The position numbers were made by a program, and so were the translations under genes. Source: a bacterium (lineage in GTDB: Bacteria; UBP4; UBA4092; JAOAEQ01). From it: a stretch of 64,000 bases of DNA. The first letter of the stretch is position 1, and each line of letters opens with the position of its first letter. This document shows, in pieces, positions 17,214 through 26,421 of the stretch. The stretch spans positions 11,698-75,697 of the forward strand of contig JAOAEQ010000003.1 in the NCBI GenBank assembly GCA_026416715.1, in the 5' to 3' direction. A model generated the notes under the pieces. The model had not been told where the DNA came from. It was given only the letters and a program-made list of their open reading frames with translations, and did not search any database.

Positions 17214-19673
17214 TTAATACCAGTCAATTTTGGTTTTCCAAGGAGAAATAAAACCTTTACCGAGCAGTTTTACAGGCACCCAATGTTTTTCTCTCGCTGA
17301 TGGTACATGATTATACCAGCCGGAAATACGTCGGTCAGTAACTCGCCAGTGTTTGTCACCGGTAATCATTTCTTTTCTCCCGTTACTATATTCAATGCGC
17401 AGTTCGAGTACTAAGCCAGCATAAGTCGGTAATGCGTTAACCGCTTCTATTGCCAGAATATTCAGGTCGGGTTTAAGCAATTCTTGAACGCTGATTTGTT
17501 TCGGAATATCGCGAAAGGTAACCGTAAATAACTCTTGTCCGTTAAGAAATACTTTACCATAATCATCTGCCCAGACAATTAATTCAGCTGATTTAATTTC
17601 GTCTTTTTTTAGAATAGTAATTGGTCGGACAAAATAATATGTCCCCATTTCAGTAATGGACGTTGGTTCACCCTGTGGATACCACATCCAGACCGCTTCC
17701 ATAGGTTTAGGAGCTTGTAATTCACCGGCAATAGATTTTGTAATATAATCTTGCAACTGCGAAATTTGCAACTGTAATCGGTTTAGATTGACCTCAAGTT
17801 CAGGGTACTTATTATTTCGTAGCCATAGTCGGCAATACTCACTATAAATTTCAACTAGCTGATTCCGTAGAGATATTAATGCAGTAGCGATGGTTCGTTG
17901 TTCAGCTAAAGGTAACGTACCTGAAGTGATACGTTTGAATTTTTTGGATATTTTATCCTGCAAAATAATTCTTTCAGCTAAATAGAGGTATCGTTTCGCA
18001 CTATGTTCAATACTTTCCAAATGTTCTCTATGTAATCGAACTTTAGACCGCTGTTGCGAAATAATTGGTAATACTGGGATAATGCGTTTTCGTAACCGTT
18101 GCATCATTTTAACAAGATTAATCTCTTGTTCCCGTAAGTTAAACTGGGAATGGAATATTCCGAATAATGATTTAACCGGATATCCTGGCAGAAATCCTAA
18201 TAACTCCTCTGCTAGAGCCAACCGCTGTGGATTTTCAATGTTATAATAAAGTTTAACAAACCGTTGAATGAACTCCGTTTGATTTTCTGCCGGTTTGGGC
18301 TCCCAGCTGGCTGACGCATGGTATGCATATCCGAGATAATTATTTTCACGCAGATTTTCTGCTCCGTGGTCACCCCAAGCGGAAACAACAGACCCCAACA
18401 ATTTTTCTTTTTTCGCTACTGCAGTTAACTTCCGTATATTAATAAATCCTAAGTAATTGTCAGGATAAAAACAGATATCACTGCGAACTGATGGACTAAC
18501 TAGAATATCAGTAAAACCTGCATTGATGAATTTTTTAACGCTCGGATATGTATCTGCCGGTTCATATTGCCAATCCATAATAATACAATCTTTCGGCAGA
18601 TAGGGTATCGCTTCCGGATGTTTGAGAAGCATATCACCATATAAAATAGTTCGCCGGTGGTGTCGATCGCGTAGATAATCATGTAATCGGGAGAAATATT
18701 CAGCATGTACTCGACCGATACCAATTTTGTTAACCGCTTGTTTACTGGTTCCTAATCCGACGTCATACGATTCATCACAACCGATATGGAAAAAATCAAC
18801 CCCCGGTGTTGCCAAAACTATTTCATCAATCAATTTAGTTACGAAATTGAACGCTGCAGGTGAAACCGGTGAAAATGACCACGGTGTTTTTTCCGGTTCA
18901 GGTAATTCTGCATATTTCCGATTCTGTATTAAACTCAATATCCGGCGCTGATGTCCCAGACATTCGAATACCGGACATAGTGTTATATGATATTTCTTAG
19001 CATGCGCAACCAGTTCTGCCATTTCATGTTTCGTTATTGCTCCTCGAGTTCTCCCGATATCAGGGTCGGTATTGAACCGAAACATGTCTTCAATATAGGG
19101 CATATAGAGATTCATTTTATAGAACGCCAATTCCTCAATAATTCGTTTAAAATCATCTAAGGTTGATACTTGCCCTCGACTAATATCATCGGATACCCCG
19201 CGCCATGCTAATGCCGGATAATCGGTGATTTCAAGTTGGGGAACAAATTTACCCGGTGATGTCCGAATAAGTTGACGTAACGTCTGAACTCCATAGAATT
19301 GACCACGAAGAGATGGCGCAAGAATATATATTGCATCCTGGTATATTTTTAAAATATATCCTTGTTCAATAAACAACGGGTTATGCTTTTTCCCGGTCTC
19401 AGCAAGGTTGCTGATATAGATATACCGTGCTCCTTTAATCTGCGGGTCAGATGATAGAGCAATGTTCAGGGTTATCCCAAAACATTGCTGAAGTTCAGCA
19501 TTCAACACTTCTGCAATGAACCGATGTTCTGAATCATTATTTTCAATCCAGATAATACTGCGGGTATCAAAAATATACTTCCCTTGCAGAAGATTTATTT
19601 CCCGAGGCACAGGAATAAGATTAATTTGGCCGTTTCTATTTTTCTTTTGCTTACTATAGATTTGTAATGACAT
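17214..19673 (-). CDS. GH20-like beta-N-acetylhexosaminidase-type glycoside hydrolase with a C-terminal beta-sandwich domain, no signal peptide
   Basis: ITDYPALAWRGVSDDISRGQVSTLDDFKRIIEELAFYKMNLYMPYIEDMF (GH20 i.D.PrF.wRG..lD pattern). VFECLGHQ (E..GH). FFHIGCDESYDVG (GH20 HiGgDE). ILYGDML, IIMDWQY. C-terminal AELIVWADDYGKVFLNGQEL is rhamnosidase-N/CBM-like. Confidence 0.6.
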   Translation of the reverse strand: MSLQIYSKQKKNRNGQINLIPVPREINLLQGKYIFDTRSIIWIENNDSEHRFIAEVLNAELQQCFGITLNIALSSDPQIKGARYIYISNLAETGKKHNPLFIEQGYILKIYQDAIYILAPSLRGQFYGVQTLRQLIRTSPGKFVPQLEITDYPALAWRGVSDDISRGQVSTLDDFKRIIEELAFYKMNLYMPYIEDMFRFNTDPDIGRTRGAITKHEMAELVAHAKKYHITLCPVFECLGHQRRILSLIQNRKYAELPEPEKTPWSFSPVSPAAFNFVTKLIDEIVLATPGVDFFHIGCDESYDVGLGTSKQAVNKIGIGRVHAEYFSRLHDYLRDRHHRRTILYGDMLLKHPEAIPYLPKDCIIMDWQYEPADTYPSVKKFINAGFTDILVSPSVRSDICFYPDNYLGFINIRKLTAVAKKEKLLGSVVSAWGDHGAENLRENNYLGYAYHASASWEPKPAENQTEFIQRFVKLYYNIENPQRLALAEELLGFLPGYPVKSLFGIFHSQFNLREQEINLVKMMQRLRKRIIPVLPIISQQRSKVRLHREHLESIEHSAKRYLYLAERIILQDKISKKFKRITSGTLPLAEQRTIATALISLRNQLVEIYSEYCRLWLRNNKYPELEVNLNRLQLQISQLQDYITKSIAGELQAPKPMEAVWMWYPQGEPTSITEMGTYYFVRPITILKKDEIKSAELIVWADDYGKVFLNGQELFTVTFRDIPKQISVQELLKPDLNILAIEAVNALPTYAGLVLELRIEYSNGRKEMITGDKHWRVTDRRISGWYNHVPSAREKHWVPVKLLGKGFISPWKTKIDWY

Positions 19674-19684
19674 AACGAAATAAA

Positions 19685-20938
19685 TTATTGTTTATCCACA
19701 GTAGTATTAAATTTATCTAAAGCAATCCACATTTCATCAGTCATCGACCCATATCGGAATATCGTAAATCCATTGAGGTTATGTTGATAGATTGCTTGCA
19801 AGGTTGTTGCGAAATCCGTTGCGGTAAATGGTTTATTTGTTCCTTCAGCAGTGAACCCTTGAATCCCAGGATATACTGGCTTTCCAGTTCTCAATGCGGT
19901 CCGTTTAGCGATATCTATGACCCAATCTGATTTTTTTCCGAAACTACCTTCATATGACATCGGACAGATGAAATCTAAATAGGTACCGAGCTGCCAATAA
20001 TTCTGTCCGTAATAACATAGGGCAAAAGCATCATCTGCTTCTCCGCCTTCAGGCATAAGCGCTGCTGATAAATTCACGTTTGGTTTCTTTTTATGAATGA
20101 TTTCCTTGATTTCTTGTGTCATTGAGGTAATCTCATCCTGCCGGAATTTAACCCATTTAACTATATCCGGGTCACCGTTTGTATATGCTTCTACAAACGT
20201 TCCGCGCTGGATATTTTTCTCTGCAATGGATTTATATACTATCTTCCGGATATGGTCAAGATTGATACCCAACTCTTTTGCTTTCTGCTGATGTCGTGGA
20301 CAAAAACAATACATAATATGCGTATACCGAATACCATCAAGATGAATCCCATCCACTGCGTAGTTATCCAGCAGGTCACTAATTAAACTTTTAAAATAGT
20401 TCCGGTAACCTGGAGCAAGTGGACATACTTTTTCATTTTTAGCTGGGACCGGACCTGCAGCCCAATTCGCTGTATCTCCCGCTTTATAGATAGCTTCTCC
20501 TGGATGATTATCAACCCACCGTTTATCTCCATGAAACATGAACCAAGCATGAATTTCTATATCCTTTTTATGACAAGCTGAAGTTAACTCCTGGAGAATA
20601 TCTTGTTTTCCAACAGTAGTATGCGATGACGAAGTTTTAAATGCAACCTCGCCGCTGTTCCCTTTCACCAATACAATAATCTTATTAAACTTATATTGAG
20701 CTAAACGATTGACGACATTTTCTACCCCTTCATGCGCTACGGTAGTTTCCCAGACCCAGATAGCTCTGGTTCGAGTTCGATGTTGTGCCAACGATTCATT
20801 TTTGCTCGCGGTTGATTGGTTGCTCGTAGTTTTGTTGTTTCCGTGTCGAGTATAGGACATGGATTCTGCTAATAACGGATAATCCATTGAACAGATCAAG
20901 CCACCTACGATTATCAAACTAATGAAATTTTGCAACAT
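19685..20938 (-). CDS. Secreted GHL10 (glycosyl hydrolase-like 10, YngK/PF02638-type) protein
   Basis: MLQNFISLIIVGGLICSMDYPLLAES is signal-like. RAIWVWETTV..., IIVLVKG, DIEIHAWFMF, VDGIHLDGIRYTH, CFCPRHQ. I place the start at the ATG at 20938, which overlaps the upstream stop (TAATG) and has GGAAGG 10 nt upstream. The ORF-track start at 20956 is a GTG. Confidence 0.6.
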   Translation of the reverse strand: MLQNFISLIIVGGLICSMDYPLLAESMSYTRHGNNKTTSNQSTASKNESLAQHRTRTRAIWVWETTVAHEGVENVVNRLAQYKFNKIIVLVKGNSGEVAFKTSSSHTTVGKQDILQELTSACHKKDIEIHAWFMFHGDKRWVDNHPGEAIYKAGDTANWAAGPVPAKNEKVCPLAPGYRNYFKSLISDLLDNYAVDGIHLDGIRYTHIMYCFCPRHQQKAKELGINLDHIRKIVYKSIAEKNIQRGTFVEAYTNGDPDIVKWVKFRQDEITSMTQEIKEIIHKKKPNVNLSAALMPEGGEADDAFALCYYGQNYWQLGTYLDFICPMSYEGSFGKKSDWVIDIAKRTALRTGKPVYPGIQGFTAEGTNKPFTATDFATTLQAIYQHNLNGFTIFRYGSMTDEMWIALDKFNTTVDKQ

Positions 20939-22152
20939 TATTCTAATACCTTCCACATTTCGTCTGTCATCGAACCGTACCGGAATATGGTAAATCCTTT
21001 AAGATTGCTCGCTTGTATCTTGTTTATCACCGCTTCAAATTGTTCTATCGAGAACGGTTTATCTTCCGAAAAAGCTTGCACCCCAGCGTAGACGGGTTTT
21101 CCAGTTTTACGTTCGGCATTCGTCGCAATGTCAACAACCCATTCGGGACTCTTCCCAAAACTTCCATGATATGTCATAGGGCAGATAAAATCCAAATATT
21201 TACCTAAATGCCGATAATTTTGTGCATAATAGCATAAAGCAAACGCATCATCTAGTTCGCCCCCTTCGGGCATTAATGCCGCAGATAATTTCACTTGGGG
21301 TTTCTTGGTATTAATAATATCGCGTATCGCTTGTACCAATGAGGTTATTTCGTTCTGCCGTTGGTCAACCCACTTCGCAACATCATTACTATATTTGTAT
21401 ACTTCTACATATAAATTGCCCCGAGCCTGTTTAGTTGAGTCCCGTTCATACAATGTTTGATAAATTACATTACGAATAGAAGCTAAGTTAATACCAAGTT
21501 TTTTAGCCATTTCTTGGTGTCGTGGACAGAAGCAATATACGATATGGGGATACCGAATGTAATCTAAATGAATACCATCAACTTGATAATTATCGAGCAC
21601 TTCTTTAATTAACCGTTTGTTATATTCTCGGTATTCAGTAGCTAACGGACAGATTTTACCATCAGTCATAGCATATGGACCTTTTTCCCATGCAGTTGTG
21701 TCGCCAACATGGTATGCAACTTGGTCGTGATGTTTTTCAGCCCAGTTACTGTCTCTATGAAATACAAACCAGGCATGAACTTCAATCCCTCGTTTATGAC
21801 AGGCATCAATCATTTCCTGTAAGATATCTTGTTCGCGATCAGTCTGCGGTGCAATTTTACTTTTAAAATTTACCTGACCGCTCCCCCCCTTAACTAGTAA
21901 GATAACTTTTGTAAATTTATAACGTTGAAGTTTCTCCGCAATATTGTCCGCTCCTTCCTCTCTCACCGTTGAACCCCATAACCATACCGAACGAACTAGA
22001 CCGGTTTCGTTTACTAACGAACTAGACTGTTTAGTATGGTTCGGCTCTATTTTTTGTGTTTTAGATTGACCTTGACTCACAGCCAAGTAGATGCCAATAA
22101 ATCCAACCAGAATAAATATTGAGCATTTCTTGTGTAAAGTAAATTGAGTCAT
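20938..22152 (-). CDS. Secreted GHL10 (glycosyl hydrolase-like 10) protein, tandem paralog
   Basis: Signal-like KKCSIFILVGFIGIYLAVSQG. RSVWLWGSTV, VILLVKGGSG, GIEVHAWFVF, VDGIHLDYIRYPH, CFCPRHQEMAKKLGINL. Colinear with 19685-20938 over the full length. Confidence 0.6.
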   Translation of the reverse strand: MTQFTLHKKCSIFILVGFIGIYLAVSQGQSKTQKIEPNHTKQSSSLVNETGLVRSVWLWGSTVREEGADNIAEKLQRYKFTKVILLVKGGSGQVNFKSKIAPQTDREQDILQEMIDACHKRGIEVHAWFVFHRDSNWAEKHHDQVAYHVGDTTAWEKGPYAMTDGKICPLATEYREYNKRLIKEVLDNYQVDGIHLDYIRYPHIVYCFCPRHQEMAKKLGINLASIRNVIYQTLYERDSTKQARGNLYVEVYKYSNDVAKWVDQRQNEITSLVQAIRDIINTKKPQVKLSAALMPEGGELDDAFALCYYAQNYRHLGKYLDFICPMTYHGSFGKSPEWVVDIATNAERKTGKPVYAGVQAFSEDKPFSIEQFEAVINKIQASNLKGFTIFRYGSMTDEMWKVLE

Positions 22153-22210
22153 ATTATCCTCCTATAAAAAAATGTAACTTTACTTTTATCCATATCTTTT
22201 CATCTTGGGA

Positions 22211-24466
22211 TTAGTTTTTTGCATCACCTTCCTGTTTTATTACTGCATAGTTAAACATAAAAAATGGATAACCACCGATACGGTCACTATCCTCTAGATT
22301 TTCTATAGTTAAACTATTATCTCCTTCTTTTAAGAAATATTCTGGTACTGGAAACCGATGGATACTCCACGGTAATTGGTTAAATGGGCTATCCCCCTCA
22401 TATACCTTATTATTATTGATGGTTATTCGAATCCGGCATGGTTTAGGTCCCTCATCAGGTTGCGCTGAAACCAGTAACGTATAACTCGTTATGGGTGGAG
22501 TGCCTAGACGAAATCGAGCTTCCAATTTATGAAAATTGGTTTTAGCACCATAAATCCAGGTTGCCAACCGCGGGTCACCACCTAATTCATAGACTTTAAT
22601 ACTATATCCACCGGAAAAATCATACGGCGAAAGAAAAATGTCATAAGTTTCATCGAGTGCAGTTTCTCGTTTAGCAATTTCTTTTAATCCTTCAATCTGT
22701 TTAACCAATTGCGATAGATCATGATGTTTTTCTAGTTTCGCTAGAAATGCTTTCTGTTGATTAACATGTCGTTCAAGACTTGTCCATTTTTTCACCGCTT
22801 CTGGGTAAAAAGATAAACAGTTTTTCCAGGCGGTTTCTAATTCTGCAACTTTTTCTTTTATTTCTGCAATGTTCCTAATAGAAACTAAATCTACTCGTAA
22901 ACCATATCGGTCAAAATAGGATAATAGTTTATTTAACTCCTGGAGATATGAAAAGGTTTCAACTCCGGTAAGTTTTTTTGCCGCTTCTGCGACAGATTTG
23001 TCTGATTGATAAGCTTGATGATTCCATAAATAATCAACCAGGGTAACCAATGCTGTACTCTCATGAGGAACATTCGTGTTTAACGTATATACTGCAATAT
23101 CCTTGAAAAATTCCGGATAGTACCATTTCTTCCAACTGGTTAACGGATCGGTCACATAATGATACATAAACGCATGAGGTGAACCAGTGCCATTCTGCCA
23201 CAACCATGGTTTCCGTCGAATTAAATTTGTTATCCAGATAACATCATGTTTATTAATTTCCGCTGAACAGACAGCCGGACCGGTCCAAAATATATCTATA
23301 TCCTTAGGTACCCGAGTGCCAAGTGCGGTTAAATAGTCTTCTCGAGATTCAGGATATTTTGGAGGATACAGTGGTCCCCAGTAAAAGGGAGGACAGAAAA
23401 GTAATTTAACTTGGGGATATTTTTTTCGCAAGGCTTGGTGTAATTTATTCAAAACATAGATATCTGCTTCGCGGGCAGAACCAAAGGTTTTTTCATCGAC
23501 CGGATTGATAGGAAACCGTGTATCATCATAGAGTAGCATCACATTTCCCCCTGATTGAGCAATTAACTCTGCCCTGCGGTAAATTGCTGCGAAATCTGCT
23601 GTGTCATTGCTTCTGATTTTATCTTCAGGATTGCCTCGAATAGGACAAATGCTTATGTACCAAGAAATATCTATTGGATTAAGAATATCTCCGATTTTTT
23701 TTAATTCTCCTTTCCATTCAGCGCTCGGTTCGTGCCGCCAGTTTTTCCAATCAGTATTCCTATCTTCAGGGATAGTGAACACAAGCGTATTGAATTTAAA
23801 TTGGATTGCAAACCAAGCCCAATCATGGCATGGGCTTGACCACGGAGTTGCAAGAAACCCTCGTTTTTCTACATCCGGATAATCATAAATTTCCGCTTTC
23901 CTAACCACTGGTGTTCCAGCTTGATTGGTTACAAGCTGATTAAAGGAAATGATCGCCCAGAGTAATCCGATACCATTATTACTTTGTATCGCAACAATAT
24001 CAGTATTCTCCTTTTTGGTCGGATAGATACAATATCCTTCTTTGTTCAAGAAGTGTTTTTTTGATTTGTTTTTTTCGAGTATAAGAATACAACTATACTT
24101 ATTTTGCTTCTTACCTTGCGAAATGAATTCGACTTGTCCACCGTTTTCTATGATTCGTTTTATTAACATTTCTATACGAGGATCCTCTTTGGTAATCCCT
24201 TTACCAAGATAAATACCAGTATGCGTTAAGGGAATATATTCGTCATAATACGTAACCTTTTGTGGGGTAGGGAGTATGGTTCCGGTATAATATGGAATTT
24301 GGAACGCAGAAAGACCCGAACCGAAACTATTTTGCATTGCCATAAGTAGTCCTATAGTAAAAAAAATAGTAATTCTACAAGACAAGTTTTTGAGCTTTTT
24401 AGATAGCAAAAACGTTCTTACCATAATAGGTTTGGATTGCACCGAGCAATTCACCTGCACCGACAT
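22211..24466 (-). CDS. Secreted divergent GH84-like (O-GlcNAcase/NagJ family) glycoside hydrolase with a GH20b-like N-domain and a C-terminal beta-sandwich
   Basis: Motif-for-motif parallel to the canonical GH84 at 26422-28149: PDVEKRGFLATPW vs IRGVIEGFYGKPW; VMLLYDDTRF vs FALLLDDVPK (DD catalytic pair); LLFCPPFYWGP vs FLFCPTYYATS; IFWTGPAVCSAEIN vs IFWTGYNITSPRIT. A probable alternative start is the ATG at 24424 (MVRTFLLSKKLKNLSCRITIFFTIGLLMAMQ, a signal peptide). Confidence 0.55.
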   Translation of the reverse strand: MSVQVNCSVQSKPIMVRTFLLSKKLKNLSCRITIFFTIGLLMAMQNSFGSGLSAFQIPYYTGTILPTPQKVTYYDEYIPLTHTGIYLGKGITKEDPRIEMLIKRIIENGGQVEFISQGKKQNKYSCILILEKNKSKKHFLNKEGYCIYPTKKENTDIVAIQSNNGIGLLWAIISFNQLVTNQAGTPVVRKAEIYDYPDVEKRGFLATPWSSPCHDWAWFAIQFKFNTLVFTIPEDRNTDWKNWRHEPSAEWKGELKKIGDILNPIDISWYISICPIRGNPEDKIRSNDTADFAAIYRRAELIAQSGGNVMLLYDDTRFPINPVDEKTFGSAREADIYVLNKLHQALRKKYPQVKLLFCPPFYWGPLYPPKYPESREDYLTALGTRVPKDIDIFWTGPAVCSAEINKHDVIWITNLIRRKPWLWQNGTGSPHAFMYHYVTDPLTSWKKWYYPEFFKDIAVYTLNTNVPHESTALVTLVDYLWNHQAYQSDKSVAEAAKKLTGVETFSYLQELNKLLSYFDRYGLRVDLVSIRNIAEIKEKVAELETAWKNCLSFYPEAVKKWTSLERHVNQQKAFLAKLEKHHDLSQLVKQIEGLKEIAKRETALDETYDIFLSPYDFSGGYSIKVYELGGDPRLATWIYGAKTNFHKLEARFRLGTPPITSYTLLVSAQPDEGPKPCRIRITINNNKVYEGDSPFNQLPWSIHRFPVPEYFLKEGDNSLTIENLEDSDRIGGYPFFMFNYAVIKQEGDAKN

Positions 24467-26330
24467 TAGAAGCGATGACCGGAGTTGCCATTAAACCAGG
24501 GTCTCCGCGAGCGATTTTTCCGGTCTGTGCATTCATACATTCCCAGATACTTGGATAACGCAAAATGAAATTGACGGTCGCTTGTTTAATTCTTTCAAGT
24601 AAATCCGGATAATAATAAAATGCGGTTGCCATCGCTAGCGAACAGGATTTTGCCCAAGTGGGACCCCGCCAATACAGTTCCGCATGAAATCCGGTTTCAT
24701 TTGGTGCTACCGTATAGATACCATACGTGCTAATTAATTTCATAAAGTTTCGTTTTGCTCGAGCCGCTTGTTTACTATCGGCAATATTATAAGCAAATGG
24801 GAATAATCCATCGACTCCCACCCGGGTATCGAGAGTTCGATTCTGATGCAATACTCCATACCATTGTTTTTTTTCATCCCAGAGAATAGCTTGCATTTGT
24901 TGTTTGGTAATGGTAGATTCGCGAATCCAATCCTGCGAGTTCGTTTCCCCAATAATTTCAGCAATTTTGCCCATCGCTTGTTCATATCGACATCGTTCCG
25001 CAGCAAAAATGGTTGGATAGCAAAATAGTTCTTTCTTGCCATGTTCGCCATAACTAACCTTCTGGAATTGCGGTATTGTATCTAATCCAGTATCCCAGGA
25101 ACAGATTATTGCCCAAAGATGGAGATTGAAAAAATGTTCATCTCTGAATTTATTTAAGTATTCATAGTATCGCACCAGTTTCGGATACCATTTTCGTAAA
25201 CTGTAGATATCTTTCGTAGCATAATAGTATTGTAAACATACCCAAGGAACATGTGGGGTCTGGATAACACTCTTTTTCGACCACGCTTCCCCAGGGATTT
25301 TTTCATCCAGATAAATAGCATGGGTGACATAACCATCTTCTCGTTGATACTGTAAAAATAAATCGAGTAGGCGTTTCATACATTGAGAGTTAACCTCAGG
25401 ATTCATGGAGGTATGCCATTGCATAGCTGGTAATGCCCATTGCCAGTATCCCCGATACACCGGTAACGCTTCTAGAACTGCTTTTCCAATTCGTTTATCG
25501 CGATAATAGTTCGTTTTAATTACCCACCAGCATTTATAATATGCTTTTTTATCAGGTTCCGTTTTAAATGGCGGATGGGCTAAACTTGAAAACCAGGTAT
25601 TCCATTTACGTTCTAATCGCTGTTGAACATGTTTAGTCGAAAACGCAAGAGATGCATTTTTTTTCGAGTGGGTACTAATTCCAAATCGGATTGTTTTATG
25701 TTCTTGGGGTAAAAGTTTCATCCGATGAGTTAAAACCAGATAATATCCATATTGTACATTCTTAGCGGGTGATTTTCGGATGAAATCGTCGATTTTTTTA
25801 TAAAGTTTATACTCATCGAAATCACTCGTAAGATAAATAACCTTTTCTCCAGTCTTAATTTCGAGCATATGGTTGTTCCGTTTTACGTTCGCTAAGGAAG
25901 AAAACACGATAACCGTATGTATATTTTTTTCAAACGTAAACGGTGCATGATGTTGACCAACCAATGTTAGTTCCCAGAGGAACCCAGGTTGGTTAGCTTG
26001 AACGAATTTTTCTTCTATTTCAATGCCATCACTAGAGAAAATGATTTTTCTTCGGATGAGCGAAGGGAAATATTCCATCGTTTCAAAATAAAATGTCGGT
26101 TTGGATAGAATATTTCCAGATGATAGATACTCAGCAAACCGAATCGCAAACGTCGGTTGTTCGTCATAGGTGGTATTTTCGCGGTAATCAAATAGGTACC
26201 CAATACTACTAAACTCCGCAGGGTAGGCGAACGATAGTGAAAAATCATGTTCCTTAACAATAATTGCTGTTCTTCTGGGTAGTTTTTCGTCAAACGTTTC
26301 TCTAACCAATTTGTATAATGACATTTGCAT
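24399..26330 (-). CDS. (alpha/alpha)6-barrel glycoside hydrolase, GH63/MGH1/trehalase-like, cytoplasmic
   Basis: YRGYWQWALPAMQWH, LFLQYQREDGYV, CSWDTGLDTIPQF (cf. WeSGmDNsP of GH63/GH37), DGLFPFAY, ELYWRGPTWAKSCSLAMATA (cf. yWRGPvW). No signal peptide. Confidence 0.6.
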   Translation of the reverse strand: MQMSLYKLVRETFDEKLPRRTAIIVKEHDFSLSFAYPAEFSSIGYLFDYRENTTYDEQPTFAIRFAEYLSSGNILSKPTFYFETMEYFPSLIRRKIIFSSDGIEIEEKFVQANQPGFLWELTLVGQHHAPFTFEKNIHTVIVFSSLANVKRNNHMLEIKTGEKVIYLTSDFDEYKLYKKIDDFIRKSPAKNVQYGYYLVLTHRMKLLPQEHKTIRFGISTHSKKNASLAFSTKHVQQRLERKWNTWFSSLAHPPFKTEPDKKAYYKCWWVIKTNYYRDKRIGKAVLEALPVYRGYWQWALPAMQWHTSMNPEVNSQCMKRLLDLFLQYQREDGYVTHAIYLDEKIPGEAWSKKSVIQTPHVPWVCLQYYYATKDIYSLRKWYPKLVRYYEYLNKFRDEHFFNLHLWAIICSWDTGLDTIPQFQKVSYGEHGKKELFCYPTIFAAERCRYEQAMGKIAEIIGETNSQDWIRESTITKQQMQAILWDEKKQWYGVLHQNRTLDTRVGVDGLFPFAYNIADSKQAARAKRNFMKLISTYGIYTVAPNETGFHAELYWRGPTWAKSCSLAMATAFYYYPDLLERIKQATVNFILRYPSIWECMNAQTGKIARGDPGLMATPVIASNVGAGELLGAIQTYYGKNVFAI

Positions 26331-26337
26331 AGGCGCT

Positions 26338-26362
26338 AAAAAGGCGGAAAATACATTCCCGC
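26338..26362 (-). terminator. Small terminator-like hairpin between GH84 (26422-28149) and the GH63-like gene
   Basis: Minus strand GCGGGAA-tgtat-TTTCCGC (7-bp stem with one G-U pair) followed by CTTTTTAG. It ends a few nt before the GH63-like start codon, so it could be a partial terminator or attenuator. Confidence 0.3.
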
Positions 26363-26421
26363 TAATTCATAATAGGTTCCTTGTGAGTTTTGCTATTTAT
26401 TTCATTATAAAATATCAACCA

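Noticed and set aside
19692-19700. Perfect DnaA box TTATCCACA
   Set aside because: It is a single isolated copy at the stop codon of a GHL10 gene (its first four bases complete the stop at 19685-19687; the rest is the last two sense codons). One chance occurrence of a 9-mer in 64 kb on two strands is unremarkable.
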